From assembly GCA_965644295.1 (NCBI GenBank), contig CBFFRP010000457.1:124001-188000 (forward strand): a stretch of 64,000 nt of DNA, read 5' to 3'. This document shows positions 34,481 through 47,026 of this stretch, piece by piece (position 1 is the first letter of the stretch; each line of letters opens with the position of its first letter). This stretch comes from Paraphysomonas bandaiensis (lineage: Eukaryota > Protista > Chrysophyceae). Position numbers and translations under genes: made by a program. Under the pieces are notes generated by a model. That model was not told the DNA's origin. It was given only the letters and a program-made list of their open reading frames with translations, and made no database searches.

Positions 34481-35254
34481 ATGACTAACCCCACTCGTCA
34501 TCACCTCATATTCATATTCAAGCTATGCTCTACTGCAGTAGTGGCTTACACCATCTCAGAGTGCAGTGGTCTGTTCTCAGTCCATCTATGTGCTCTATTA
34601 AAGGCCCTGCCTGCCATACTATGCGCTATATGCACTTATAAACTCAAACAAACAGCTCAAATGAAAGAAAAGATACGACATAATGCTCCATCACGTTACT
34701 GTCTACCGATCATGGTAGGATTGTTGCTGTGTGCAGGAGGAGACTTCTTCTTACGATTAGATCAATCTGCTGCTGCTGCTGTCGATAATAACACACCGAG
34801 TCCATATTTTTTATGTGGATTAGTGTCATTTTTAATTGGACATCTTATGTTTATAGTTGCTTTTTGGCTTGATGGAGGAAATGGAATGCAGATCAAGTGG
34901 GGTGTGGGAATTGTTGTGTACATTGCAGTGTATTTGCGTTACCTGCTGACCAATATTGCTGATGATGACATGGTGTTGAAAGTTGGTGTATGTGTGTACT
35001 GTGTGGCTATTGGGACAATGCTTCATCGATCATTATCTCTTTCTTTTGATGCATATCCCAGAGTTGAATCGACATTGTATGCCACCCTAGGTTCTGCTTT
35101 TTTTGTTGTTAGTGATAGCATTCTTGCGTACGACAGGTTCATTAGTCCAATACCCTTTGCGTATATCTGGGTACTTGGAACGTACTTCCCTGCTATTGCA
35201 TTTATAGCGAGCTCTTGTGCAGGGACCAACCGTTGGTCTGCTGGATGGGAGTAA
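34481..35254 (+). CDS. YhhN/TMEM86 family membrane protein (lysoplasmalogenase-like)
   Basis: LLKALP, GLLLCAGGDFFL, GLVSFLIGH and FFVVSDSILAYDRF motifs. Multiple TM helices. Start at MTNPTRHH. Confidence 0.9.
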   Translation: MTNPTRHHLIFIFKLCSTAVVAYTISECSGLFSVHLCALLKALPAILCAICTYKLKQTAQMKEKIRHNAPSRYCLPIMVGLLLCAGGDFFLRLDQSAAAAVDNNTPSPYFLCGLVSFLIGHLMFIVAFWLDGGNGMQIKWGVGIVVYIAVYLRYLLTNIADDDMVLKVGVCVYCVAIGTMLHRSLSLSFDAYPRVESTLYATLGSAFFVVSDSILAYDRFISPIPFAYIWVLGTYFPAIAFIASSCAGTNRWSAGWE

Positions 35255-36088
35255 CGCTTGGTGAAATCGTAGAATCTGATTGCAGTTGTAGTATATAATT
35301 GCTGTGGCAGTTGCATTACATGCAATTAGAATTTGGATGGCTATTGCTTGGGCTGTAGTTATCTAGCGTATCTAGTTCTATGAGGTTAATTAATATTATG
35401 ATCCTCTTATGTGCATGACGTTTCATATCAATGTCTGGTACACTCCGCAGTGGGTCTGAAACAACCTCTACCAGCATACAAAGGGCTACATATTACATAT
35501 AACGCTCTAAGATCAAGCAAGACACAACCAGCGATTACGATTAAGTAGATATCAGTCGAACCATATATTGCTCTTCACCCTAGAAGGTGCATTAAGTGGG
35601 GTGCCTTGTACGACCGCATCAAAAAGACTATATAGTATATAATATATCAGTATATAGTATTATTAATAAAGTCCCATGTTGATAGAGATATATATTATTT
35701 ATCCTAGTCAAATTAGGTGACTTACCTATTCCCTATAAACTATTGCTTATTTCTGTTTAGTCAAACTAATAATTGAAGAAACCCAGTTAAGTTTAGTTAC
35801 AAACGTGGTCGCAGCACGCAGCAGGCTTGCATAACAATTAATTAATTGGTTGGCTTAATTATATGGCGTCTTAAGCTGTATAGCTACTGAACATAGGCAC
35901 AAACTCATATATATTTGTCAGCATTGAAAAACTAAGAGGTATGTACACAGTCAATGTATCATATTACTAATCACAATTGTGTGACAGTATAAGAGCAAGA
36001 ACATGATGTCAAATATCATTATTCGCGCTCCCAGAGAGCTACGCACACAGTACAATTAGGTCAAAGAAAAAATCTATTAAGACAGTAG

Positions 36089-36285
36089 TGAATGTCTTAT
36101 TATTAGCAACAGGCGTTTAAGAGCCAATGCTATTTTAGCATTGCAATTTAACGAACTAGCACTTAACTCTGATATCCTACTATACTTTTAGCGCTACGAA
36201 AGCTTCTTGTGCGTCTATCACTCAAATCAAACGGAGTGAGCAAGCAGAATGTTAATATTCTTGACATCTGCTGACTTCAAGAGGT
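36089..36285 (-). mobile_element. 3' fragment of the SINE-like family
   Basis: Minus strand ends TAATAATAAGACATTCA. 36240-36280 matches 50452-50492. Confidence 0.65.
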
Positions 36286-37200
36286 TTAAGATAATGACCA
36301 TTACTTGCTAGAGCCGTACATCACTTGAGATTTAAGTGTAGCTCTGTAAATATCTTAATTTTATACTCCGGGGATATCGATGTCTATTCAAGTTCAATCA
36401 TGCCTGCAATGAATCACTGAGTTCTTGCAATACAGCGAGGGCCCTCATCAACTGTCAACCCTTAGGTCAGAAAACGGAAAGAACGCCTACATGGGCTACC
36501 CCTATTGATATGCGCTTCTTGGATTACCACCTATTGTAATGACAACAATGAAAAATTACTTGATGACAGCGCAGGCTCTCTGACGACATGTCCTTTTCCC
36601 TCCAAATACTGTAGAATGCAATGGAGGACTTGGTCACTAGAGACTAGAGACTGCATAATTGCCATTGATTGCGAAGTAGAAGTGTAGTTTATTGATTATT
36701 GAGGGATTATGGAGTAAGCTTTCTCTACTACCATGTTTGAAAGAAAATTTTTATTTTTGACTAGAAGAAAACCATAAACACCTCTAGTCAACCTAATCAT
36801 TCTTAAACTTATATCTGCTATTAATTAGAAGCCCTGTCATCTACTCGAGTAGGTGAGTTACACACCAAAATTGGTCTGACTAGTAGGTAATTAAACCAAT
36901 TTGTCTAGGCCGAATAATTCACTATTCATAATGATGTTGTATCAGACAGCTGGAATACGCATGTTACCCTTTAATAGCTTCGCACATTCTTAAGTGTATT
37001 CGTGTCTCTAACTAACTTCTGCAGTTACTTTAAAAAGAATTGCTTTATTGTTATAACATATAATTCCACATATATATAGAACATAGAATTAAGATTCGCT
37101 GTATTAATGGCATACACAATACAAACCACAGTAAACGTCTTTAAAATTCAATTTTAGATCTTCAGTCATAGCAATATTTACACATTTTAACTAAATCAAA

Positions 37201-39543
37201 TCACGTTAACGAGCTCTGTTTTTTGGAGAGAGACTTCCGTGGGGGCTTCCTATCTCTAGGATCTTCTGTAACCCATGGACCGTAAAGGTCCTGATGCGCG
37301 CACACTCTAAATAGAGGTGAATCCCTGAGTTTGTGAATTGTAGATCCATCACCAGACTCCTTGCATGAGGATATTGCCTCCGTAATTAGTTCCATCCAAT
37401 CCATCTTGTGGCGTATAGAGGGGGCGTAGATGACCCTCGACCTCTGTTGGCCGATGGAAAGTAGGTTCGACAGCCTTTTCGGTACCACTACAGAGGCATT
37501 ATTGTCCACCAGTCGCAACGCAGCAGTTGTGTTTGGAGCTGTTACCGGTCGTTTAGCACATTCACTATCCCATTGGTAGTGTGAGCACTCCAGAGCAGAG
37601 AGCTCAATATGAAAGCCATAGGCTAACTCGTGAGTGTGCTCTTCAACGTGTGACGGAGAAACATACATTGCTAATAGAATAGTACTCAAAAGGAATACTT
37701 CCACAATCCTTGGCCTGCTAATGCCTTGGATTGCCTCCCCAGAGGAACGTTCGAAGAAGAATCCCACAGCGATTAAATGCGGACGATCACCTGCTTTGCC
37801 TGAGAGAGCAGTTGCCACCGCACCACGACACTTGTCCGTCGCACACTGGGCAAGAATATTCTCACACAGCTCTTCTGCGTGGAGCTCCATCACTTGTCGT
37901 AGATGAACTGCCCCTTGGGATCCCTTGCCTGTACTCGGAAGGTGTGAGTTACGCGCCATATCTTCCAGCACGTCGCACATTAACCACCATCTAGGCTGAA
38001 TCAACATCACATTCCGTCGCTTTATTGCAAGCCATCTGGAAGAGTCACTAACTTCTTTTCTTACGTCAACACCAGAAGATTCTTTTAAATTTTGCATCTC
38101 ACCCAGCATTGTATTGACCAGAGCAGCCCGAGTCGATATACAGTAAATATCATTATCGGCAGTGTTTTCTCTTAGAATCTGACATATATCGCTAACCCAT
38201 GCGTCTCTTTCTGCTATGCTTGAAGCACAGAGGTAAAGAACCTTCCGACGAGAGATAATAATAAACCAGGAGCTTTCTGTCGATGACAACATACTAGGAA
38301 GAGGAAGGCACAAAGTTCCGGTACCTTTCCCTAGCGATATGCAGCATTGCAACCTGAGACCCATATCGACAAATGTGGAGCATAGCAACAGATCCGAACA
38401 GACGTGAACAACACATTCGCCTACGCCACCTCCACTTCCAACACTGCTAGTACTGCTGCTGGCACCGCTCTCTATCCGACCACGACATTGGAAATGGCGC
38501 CTCAATCTGCCCTCTCTCACGACTGACCGCCCACGCCTGACTAAAGCCTCTATATCAGTCCTAGGCCTCGTTCCTGAGTTCAGAAACCTTTGGTAGAGGC
38601 TATGGAGTTTCTGCAAGTTACGGTGCTCCATGACTTCATTAAAGCAGTCCAGCAGACACGTTGTACAAGCTCCCAAAAGCTTTTCAGAGGAAACTTCCAT
38701 TGAGCAGAGAACTTCCTGATATTCAAAATCTGCTTCTTGTAAACCCAGAAGAACATACCTGTGGGCGTCCGCACAGGTGGCGACATAACTGGGCAAACCA
38801 CGTACTGCCAATTCAGAGAGATGTAGCAAGTTGCGCATATCCACATGTATAGAGAATTCCGGGAATTCGGTGGATAATCTGTTGCATAATTCGCGGAGAG
38901 GGTCATAAAATCGTATTATATGGCGATGCACGGACATGAGTGGGACAAGCTTGTGAAACAATGTGCAGATTGTGGTATGTATATGGACAATGCGCTGTAG
39001 TGCTCTGTCCTGATCACTCACAAATGAGCTGACATCAAGACTAATACTCTTAAGGCCCTGTACGATCTGTTTGCTCAATACAATTGCGCTGTCCACAGCA
39101 ACACTGAACCCGGCGAATGGTGCCGATGAAACAAAAGCACACACAGAGCTCGATGTGACCACAATACAATCTTGCAGATATCTATACAGCTCTTGGAGAC
39201 GAGTGCAATATTCTTCCTCCAACTCAATACAAGACTTGAAAACAGCGAGCATAGAAAGCAATGAAGAGATGGGGGCTCCGATGCTTCTGTTGGTAGAGTC
39301 AGTTGCAGCATGCATGTTTATGCACCGGGGATGCAACACAGCGCCTTTCTCTTGCAAAAACACACTGAGGAACTCCTCTGGAGACACCTCATTGAATGAT
39401 TCCCTCTGCACAGAGGCACTGGGGGCTCTATTGGGGTTAAGCGGAGGGATTATCTGCTGATGGTGTCCATCTTCATTGTCAGATATGGATTGCTGGTCGA
39501 TATCGCTCTCGTCCAGTAGGTCCTGTGCCATCTCCAGGTCCAT
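37201..39543 (-). CDS. Divergent DH(RhoGEF)-like helical region plus two PH-like domains
   Basis: 780-aa ORF. GRSVVREGRL...CSDLLL...LYLCASSIAERDAWVSDI and VFLLSTILL...IYAPSIRHKMDWMELI resemble FGD-type PH domains. ELEEEYCTRL resembles a DH start. Confidence 0.6.
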   Translation of the reverse strand: MDLEMAQDLLDESDIDQQSISDNEDGHHQQIIPPLNPNRAPSASVQRESFNEVSPEEFLSVFLQEKGAVLHPRCINMHAATDSTNRSIGAPISSLLSMLAVFKSCIELEEEYCTRLQELYRYLQDCIVVTSSSVCAFVSSAPFAGFSVAVDSAIVLSKQIVQGLKSISLDVSSFVSDQDRALQRIVHIHTTICTLFHKLVPLMSVHRHIIRFYDPLRELCNRLSTEFPEFSIHVDMRNLLHLSELAVRGLPSYVATCADAHRYVLLGLQEADFEYQEVLCSMEVSSEKLLGACTTCLLDCFNEVMEHRNLQKLHSLYQRFLNSGTRPRTDIEALVRRGRSVVREGRLRRHFQCRGRIESGASSSTSSVGSGGGVGECVVHVCSDLLLCSTFVDMGLRLQCCISLGKGTGTLCLPLPSMLSSTESSWFIIISRRKVLYLCASSIAERDAWVSDICQILRENTADNDIYCISTRAALVNTMLGEMQNLKESSGVDVRKEVSDSSRWLAIKRRNVMLIQPRWWLMCDVLEDMARNSHLPSTGKGSQGAVHLRQVMELHAEELCENILAQCATDKCRGAVATALSGKAGDRPHLIAVGFFFERSSGEAIQGISRPRIVEVFLLSTILLAMYVSPSHVEEHTHELAYGFHIELSALECSHYQWDSECAKRPVTAPNTTAALRLVDNNASVVVPKRLSNLLSIGQQRSRVIYAPSIRHKMDWMELITEAISSCKESGDGSTIHKLRDSPLFRVCAHQDLYGPWVTEDPRDRKPPRKSLSKKQSSLT

Positions 39544-39744
39544 GGCAGGGTAGGGTGAAGGGTTATGATGGATAGGATAGCATTGGTGTGGAGATAGTCA
39601 TGTATATATGCATGAGACAGCAGAGTTATGTATGTATGGTGAGGGATGTACTGCACATACAGATACTGCGTATAGAGGTACATAAGCATATGGTCCGGGA
39701 TATATACGTGTACTAGTGGGTGAAGTAGAGCAGTACATACCAAT

Positions 39745-40165
39745 GATAGGATACTTCTGTATGTATGATATACAGCAGTACGGGTATCCACAGGTACATG
39801 AGTGTATGGTGTGTATGTACCTCTAGGAACCCTCCTGTGCATACTCTACTCTACTCCATCCTATAGTATGTATATATATACAGCAGTACGGATCTGGTAT
39901 ACAGGTACAGGTATCCACAGGTACAGGAGTGTATGATGTGTATACAACATCAGCACTCTCACTCCTTTCATAGGAACCCCCCCCCATACCTACACTACAC
40001 AATACTATACTCTACACTATACTCTGTAGTATGTATACATATACAGCAGTACGGATCTGGTATACAGGTACAGGTATCCACAGGTACAGGAGTGTATGGT
40101 GTGTATGTACCTCTAGGAACCCTCCTGTACTCTACTCCATCATACACATACAGCAGTACGTGTCC
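39745..40165. repeat. Local direct repeats in the divergent promoter
   Basis: tatacagcagtacggatctggtatacaggtacaggtatccacaggtacaggagtgtatg recurs at about 39877 and 40040, with a shorter variant at about 39770. Confidence 0.8.
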
Positions 40166-40317
40166 ACCTCTATGTATGTATGTCTATGTATGTATATATA
40201 TACGTGTGCCATCTCTCATCTCTACACACATATATCCATATCAATCTCCTCATACACACACCTCACAACATCCTAACCATCACATAACTCTCTCCCTCCC
40301 CCCCCCTCTAATCAATC

Positions 40318-42102
40318 ATGATCGTTGCAGACCGTAACATGCTAAAAGCCTCATTAGCTAAAGGCGTATTAGAGATCCAACTCACACTCATTCAACTCTA
40401 TACAAGTAACCTCAACGCTATTGGTACACAAGCAGCTTTAGTAGCTGGATTTGCTTTTACAGGCATAGCAGAAACAACATATCCAAGTGGAGAATTTGTT
40501 GATAGTATTCTTGAATACTTTTATTATTTTTTTATTACTTTATGTTTAGTTTCGGGTCTGTTTGCTGTATCCCAATCAACTATCGTTACTTTATATGGAC
40601 CAGCTATGGCACTTAGTGGTGAAACACCTGAAGCTGTAACAAAATCTGTATCAAATATGAGAACACAACAAGATTTTGTATTTAAAGTTGGTGGAGTATC
40701 GATTACATCACTGTTTTTATCGGCTATAGTCCTGTCATGGGCTAGACGGCCGAGAGGAGTGGCGATTCTCAATACGATTGTATATATGGGGGTCTACTAT
40801 CTTATGGTGACGGAAGGACGAAAGGCGTATCTTTTGTTTGCATCTATCAAGGAAGAGGTGGGAGCGTATGAGGAAAAATCAGGTATATCTCTGTGGTGTC
40901 TGAGTGGTAGAGCTTGACTGGATTGGTGTATAGGTAAAGGAAATTCACCTGCACTGTCCCGCGCCAAGAGCGATGTCAACCCCATGGTGACTGCTGCACA
41001 TGATGGCGTCATGAGCGACAATATGTCTGCAGTAGGGAGTGGTGAGAACGATCAGACTGCAGAACAGGTATGTACTGCTAAGTGCGAATTATACTGACGT
41101 ATACGCACACACGATACTAATGGACACATATTGTCACATAATTCATTTGTGTTTAGGGCACTCAGACGAGGGCAAGAGGCGCTCTCTGGATGCGACAGAG
41201 TCTTTCTAAAGGCGGAGAGTTGCAACTATGCTATGCAGTACTGGAGAAGGGCAAGTTAGATATCTACCGCAAGGAGTCGGTAAGTATATATGACAAAATT
41301 ATTTCCAATTTTTTGAAGGCTGAATTTTGTGTAGGATTTCGTTAATCACGAGAATCCTATTAACCAGAGACCATTTCAACTGTGGAAGTACCGTCTTGAA
41401 CTCGATCCCAGGTAATGCATCTGTTGTGTACGTACGGTGTATACCGCGTGTACCTCACTGGAACATCAGTGCGCATGAACCAATATATAAATTTAACAAC
41501 CCATTTATAGAAAGTTCAACCGTGGACTTACATCTGCCTCAAAGTCTCTTCGAAAATTGGCCACTGGGCAGGGCGAGTTTTCAATCACCCAGCTGGCTAC
41601 CTCTGACTACGATTTGAAAGAAGCAGTCCACAAGTACAGGTTTATACTTTATCCTAAGGTAACTAAAATGCACCGTGCAGTGCACCCAAATATTACCACT
41701 CCACTGATTTAAGTATTTAATTTTATTATGGAAGTGTGACGGTGTTGTCTACTTGTAGGTGCTCTCTGAGCTTACCCCACTGGCTACTGGAGAGTTCATG
41801 GCCAACGATGAGCAGTCATATAAACTTTGGATCAAAGCCTTGTCTAGAGTCATCCGGTATATATGCATTATGTGTCATTTAAAGAGAGTATATGTGTGCT
41901 TTGTGTATAAATTTGTGGTGAGTCAACGTCTAGCCTAACATGGTATATAGGTCGTACGAACACATCGAGGCGAACCCTACTGTTGAGGCGACAATGAGGT
42001 AACTAAGTATACAATGTATTCTTCGTTTTACTCAAGTATGTGAACTTTAGGGCAAATGCTAATGTGGAGCTTGCTGTAAATGCCGCCAGTCGATCCAGCT
42101 GA
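40318..42102 (+). CDS. Orai-like 4-TM protein fused to a C-terminal PH domain, 8 exons
   Basis: Exons 40318-40882, 40934-41067, 41157-41279, 41335-41411, 41511-41658, 41759-41857, 41951-41998 and 42051-42102 join in frame. TM1 is QAALVAGFAFTGIAE. PH-like motifs RGALWMR, YAVLEKGKLDIY and FMANDEQSYKLWIKAL. Confidence 0.75.
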
Positions 42103-42301
42103 GTGTACATCTTGGAACCTACCCGAATTATATTCTTCCTGGTGTAACAAGGTCCAATAGCTGGATTTTTTGCTATTTATCTATAGCAGTATCTAAATAT
42201 CTGTGTTTCTGCGGTGTTCATTCCGATGCACTAGGAAAAGCTTGTATATTGACAATAATAAGGAGCTCATATTTTCACGTTCGTTTTTATTCTCTTTCTT
42301 C

Positions 42302-43668
42302 TCTGCAGTATGATGCAATATATATTGTGCAACTGAAGTGAGTTAATAGTGTGCAATAGTTGAAGCCAACTCATAGGTTACAGAGGAAGTAAATTCAGTT
42401 GCTGATATGTGACTATGTAAGGTATAGGAGTGACTGGCGAGCATATGATAAACAGATGTTCACCAGATGTTACAATGTCATGAGTATGATGTAGCGATGT
42501 GTTTAGATTAGTAATTATAATTTCTTACTTGAAAAAAGTGCATTGTGTGCAACAGAGAAAGGTAAAGGTTTACGTGTAGAGCAATGTTAACTTCAGTGAA
42601 AGGTTCAATTCTAGCATGGCAGCGAGTGATAGTTTAGATGAGAAGGCGACAGAGGACAGTCAGATTCTGAAGTTGGACAAGTAGAGTCGAAATAATCACC
42701 TGGGGCTGGAACCGAAAACTACTAGAGGGGGTAGAGCACGAGAGTTACGGCATGAGCGAAATGACACTGTGTTGCAACGATTTGGAAGGCTTGTGAACAT
42801 GACGCAGATGTGTTGGAGGTTTCGAACCAATACATGGAGGCAATGGCGCTACTACCAGATGATGATCTCAATAAGGACGGTTTGTCCTATCAGATGCCTC
42901 AAATGTTGGTAGATAGGTTCGGGGTGAGTTGGAAAATGCACTCTAGAAGACTACAGCGATAGTTGTATCCTCCTCTTTCACGTGTACAGATGATATGGGA
43001 TAGGAAGTAGTGCTAAAAAGCTTTCTCCTAAATCACCCATACTTGTCATGTCTAATTATAGCTACATCATATATGTCAAAATTAATAATCTATCTAGTCT
43101 AACGACAATGCTTTTTCTTTAACGATCTAAACAGGTGCAGTGTTTTTAACGATCTGAAGTGTGAAAAAGGTGCAGGGGTATGATGCCTGTTTACCCTCTC
43201 AACTATTCTCTACCATACCTACTACATTATGTACTTAATACATCTGTTTCAACAAAATCGCATCAAAACAGTTGCAAAAGAGTTTATAATATGCCCTAAG
43301 CAAAAAACTGTTCTTTTCTGAGGATGTTAGAATTGAACCTTTCACTGAAGTTAACATTGCTCTACACGTAAACCTTTACCTTTCTCTGTTGCACACAATG
43401 CACTTTTTTCAAGTAAGAAATTATAATTACTAATCTAAACACATCGCTACATCATACTCATGGCATTGTAACATCTGGTGAACATCTGTTCTCAGCAACA
43501 TATGTTCGCCAGTCACTCCTATACCTTACATAGTCACATATCAGTAAATGAATTTACTTCCTCTGTAACTATATTCTCCCGTTACACCTATGAGTTGGCT
43601 TCACCTATTTCACACTATTAACTCACTTCAATTGCACAATATATAATATATATTGCATCATACTTCAG
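42302..43668. repeat. Long inverted repeat / foldback-like element, arms 42302-42617 and 43324-43668
   Basis: The arms are reverse complements. The inner ~135 bp differ at about one position. Spacer about 700 bp. Confidence 0.92.
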
Positions 43669-43758
43669 AACTCGACATTAGTAATGTATTGTTGGTACCG
43701 ATCAGGCTTTCTTAACAAATAATTGTTAGTTATGTAGATCTTATATTTCCTATATTCC

Positions 43759-44638
43759 CGCAGACTGTGCACACCCCACAGACAACATGGCGCACATGCT
43801 TCTCACCTGCACTCACCCTGACATCATTCACATACGTGAAGATGTCCACCAAGCACACCACAATAAGCTTGACAAACTTCGCACACGCACGCTCCCCCAT
43901 CCCTGGTTTTACACCGCCATAACTAAACTAGCCAAAGCCGCATGGAACCCAGCCACCCCCCAGGTTGAGCGCTACTGGACCGGCCACATTACTGCCACAC
44001 AAATGGCCGACGCATTCGGACGCCACATATCCAGCTCACTGCTCGAACATCAATTCCACGCCCTAGAAAAATCCATCGCCTCTATCCTACTCCCCCTATA
44101 TGATGGAGGGCTCCGTATGCTTCGCAATAGGGGACACAGACACCTCAACGTAGACACGGCACCGGCGACACCGGTCCCGACACACGCAAAGCCCCACCAG
44201 CCCCGACACCCGACACCAAAAGTACTCCAGCTACTCCAGGCGACATCCACCCCACGAACTACACTCTCTGCAAGAGCCCAGACCCGACAGAGGCAAGCGC
44301 AACCACTCCGGAAACAACTTCTCCTTACTTGTAGCCGAAACCCCACCTCAACAACCAGCACCATCTCCACCACCGACTTGCACTCTCATATACAACTCGC
44401 CTCACCCACCCCCCACATAATCCATGGCACAGGCCCGCCAGACACATTGCCCAAAGGTAGACCCCCCGACTAACCTCACTACAAGGGACGGTTGCACCAT
44501 GGTGCTCGCAGCGATGCACAAGCAGTCCCGAGACGGTTGCCCGCCACTAGTAGTATATAGCAAATCTAGTTATTAGCTAGTCTATAGACATAAACTAGTT
44601 TCTGTACGCAACCGTACTCATGTAATAATCAGACTTTC
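43759..44638 (+). mobile_element. 5'-truncated non-LTR retrotransposon (LINE) with a 16-bp TSD
   Basis: ATATTTCCTATATTCC at 43743-43758 and 44639-44654. C-rich island. The ORF starts in a C..DNMAHMLLTC zinc-knuckle remnant and ends GRPPD. Tail TAATAATCAGACTTTC. Confidence 0.8.
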
Positions 44639-44762
44639 ATATTTCCTATATTCCAACGCAATGGATATTACTTCCCATTTACTTGAAGAAAATACTTAAC
44701 AAGAAAATTAATTTCAATTTTTATAGTCCTAAAGTGAAAATGAAAACACTATCTATATACAG

Positions 44763-46555
44763 TTATTCACATGTTTCTACACATTCATATCCTTTCTGAC
44801 CATTACAGCTACTAGCAGACAAAGCATCGCTAACAATAGGGTTTGCAGTTGTGACATGAACATCATTGAGCTCAAATTCATGGATAGCCCCCCCAGTATC
44901 GCTACCGCCAGTTTCTATCGTTGACACAAGAACTGTATCTTTCTTACTTTGTACCGAAATTAAAAGCGTCAAAAGGGAACCTGATATCAAAAATATCCCG
45001 GCTAATAATATTGAAACAGTGTAATTTCCTGTAGCATCGTAGACGATTCCGCCAATGGGGGCTGAAAATAAGTTTCCAATAGTGTTAGACGTATACATTA
45101 AGCCCATCACAGATGCCATATTATTAGAACTAAATAGCTCGCTGCAAACCACGGGTAGCAGACTTACAAGGCCACCTAGACATAAATCACACGTTACATA
45201 AAATTGACGAATAAGAATTACAGGGGTAAGAATACATCCGTGGATGCCACACATATAACGATTTGATGTAACTAAAAACCAGTAGTTTATGGATAAATAC
45301 TACTTTTTTGAACAGTTCAATCAATGTATCAAGTACATATAATACCATACACTCTTTGCGCTATCACTACACCAACCCTAATCGAATGTTTCATATAATT
45401 TCACTATCTTAGATACATATTTTTAATCCACAATTCAAAAAATACCTGAGAAAAAACCATATAGGATGCAAAACACAGAGAGTGAGATGAAGTCTGCACA
45501 AGAAGCCCAGTATAGCACGGCTAACCCCCCCACAAGAACACACACTCTGAAGCACCAGAGCTTGCTGTACTGGTCAGCTACATATCCTGAGAATATTCCA
45601 CGATTAGAGTGATCCTTGTAGACGATGAAGAACACACTACTCGAATTAACATTAAGCTACACGTAATCTACTCATGTTAGAACCAAGTAAAATACAACGC
45701 AAATACGTATAATAAAACAGGTTAAATTCTACCTATCCCAGCTCGCCCAAGAGCACTAGTGAGTCCTAGAATTGACAGCAAGTACACGCTCTGAGTAGAT
45801 CCCACACCATGCAATTGTGCATACTTTACCACATGAACAAAGGGCATCATATACCCAAGAGATGCCAACAGTAAAGATAGATAGAGAACAGTAAAATTGG
45901 GTTGCCTGAAGTATTGAAGGGATTGCGTGGAGTTACTTGCTGAGGAGCACAATGGCAGGCGACGCCTAGTAATAACACCGCAACATACTAATCCAATTGT
46001 GGTTATAAAAGCCATATACTGCAAAGCAACTCGCCATGAGAACGACTGTAGCAGTAGATTAATAACAGGAGCGAAGCCGAACTGTCCCAACCCTGACCCC
46101 GACACAGCGATACCAACTGCCAGTCCTCTTTTCTTGTCAAAGTACTGACCGATAGCACTAACTGCCCCTATGAACGATAAGCTGTACCCACAGCCACAGA
46201 TAACACCTTGAGTGAGATACAAATGCCATAACTCCGAGCTGATAGAGGCTAATAACAGTCCGACCCCCACAATAATGCCCCCTAAAGATATGCACATCCC
46301 ATTGCCGATCTTATCAGCCATAGATCCGGATACACCTGCAAGACCAGTAAGTCCACCAGCAGCAATTGATCCAATCCATGCCACTTGACCACCAGATGAG
46401 TGGAAGGCGTGTATGTATACGGGATACACCACCCCAAAGCTGTAGATGTTACCCAACACAAAGAAATGTACAAAGAAGGCACCTATCACTACAATCCAAC
46501 CGTATCCACCTTCAGGAGGGGGAGAGGTAGGATCTGTTGTCTTGATGAACTTCAT
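44763..46555 (-). CDS. MFS transporter, monocarboxylate (SLC16/MCT) family, 3 exons
   Basis: Exons 46555-45733, 45586-45446 and 45175-44763. PPEGGYGWIVV and YFDKKRGLAVGIAVSGSGLG motifs. Confidence 0.9.
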
Positions 46556-46761
46556 TTCATTGCATATGATCTCATATACATACACCCCTATAGTCCCATA
46601 TGCGCCATACCATACTACGATACACACACACTGAGATGGAACACACCCTGCTGCTGTACCATGTACACGTCCAGCCATATACAGCGAAGTATACATCCAG
46701 AAGACTACGAAGTGGACACCACCACCATATAGAGAACCTTTGATTGGCTGTGAAGTCTCGG

Positions 46762-46762
<1 letters not shown>

Positions 46763-46792
<30 letters not shown>

Positions 46793-46957
46793 TGTATGTA
46801 TGTATGTATGTATGTATGTATGTATGTATGTATGTATGTATGTATGTATGTATGTATGTATGTATGTATGTATGTATGTATGTATGTATGTATGTATGTA
46901 TGTATGTATGTATGTATGTATGTATGTATGTATGTATGTATGTATGTATGTATGTAT
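46763..46957. repeat. (TATG)n microsatellite
   Basis: Direct reading. Confidence 0.98.
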
Positions 46958-47026
46958 AGCTATGTGGTTCAGTGTATGTATGTGTGATGGGATTATAGTC
47001 ATATATATGTGTATCTATAGATCTGT

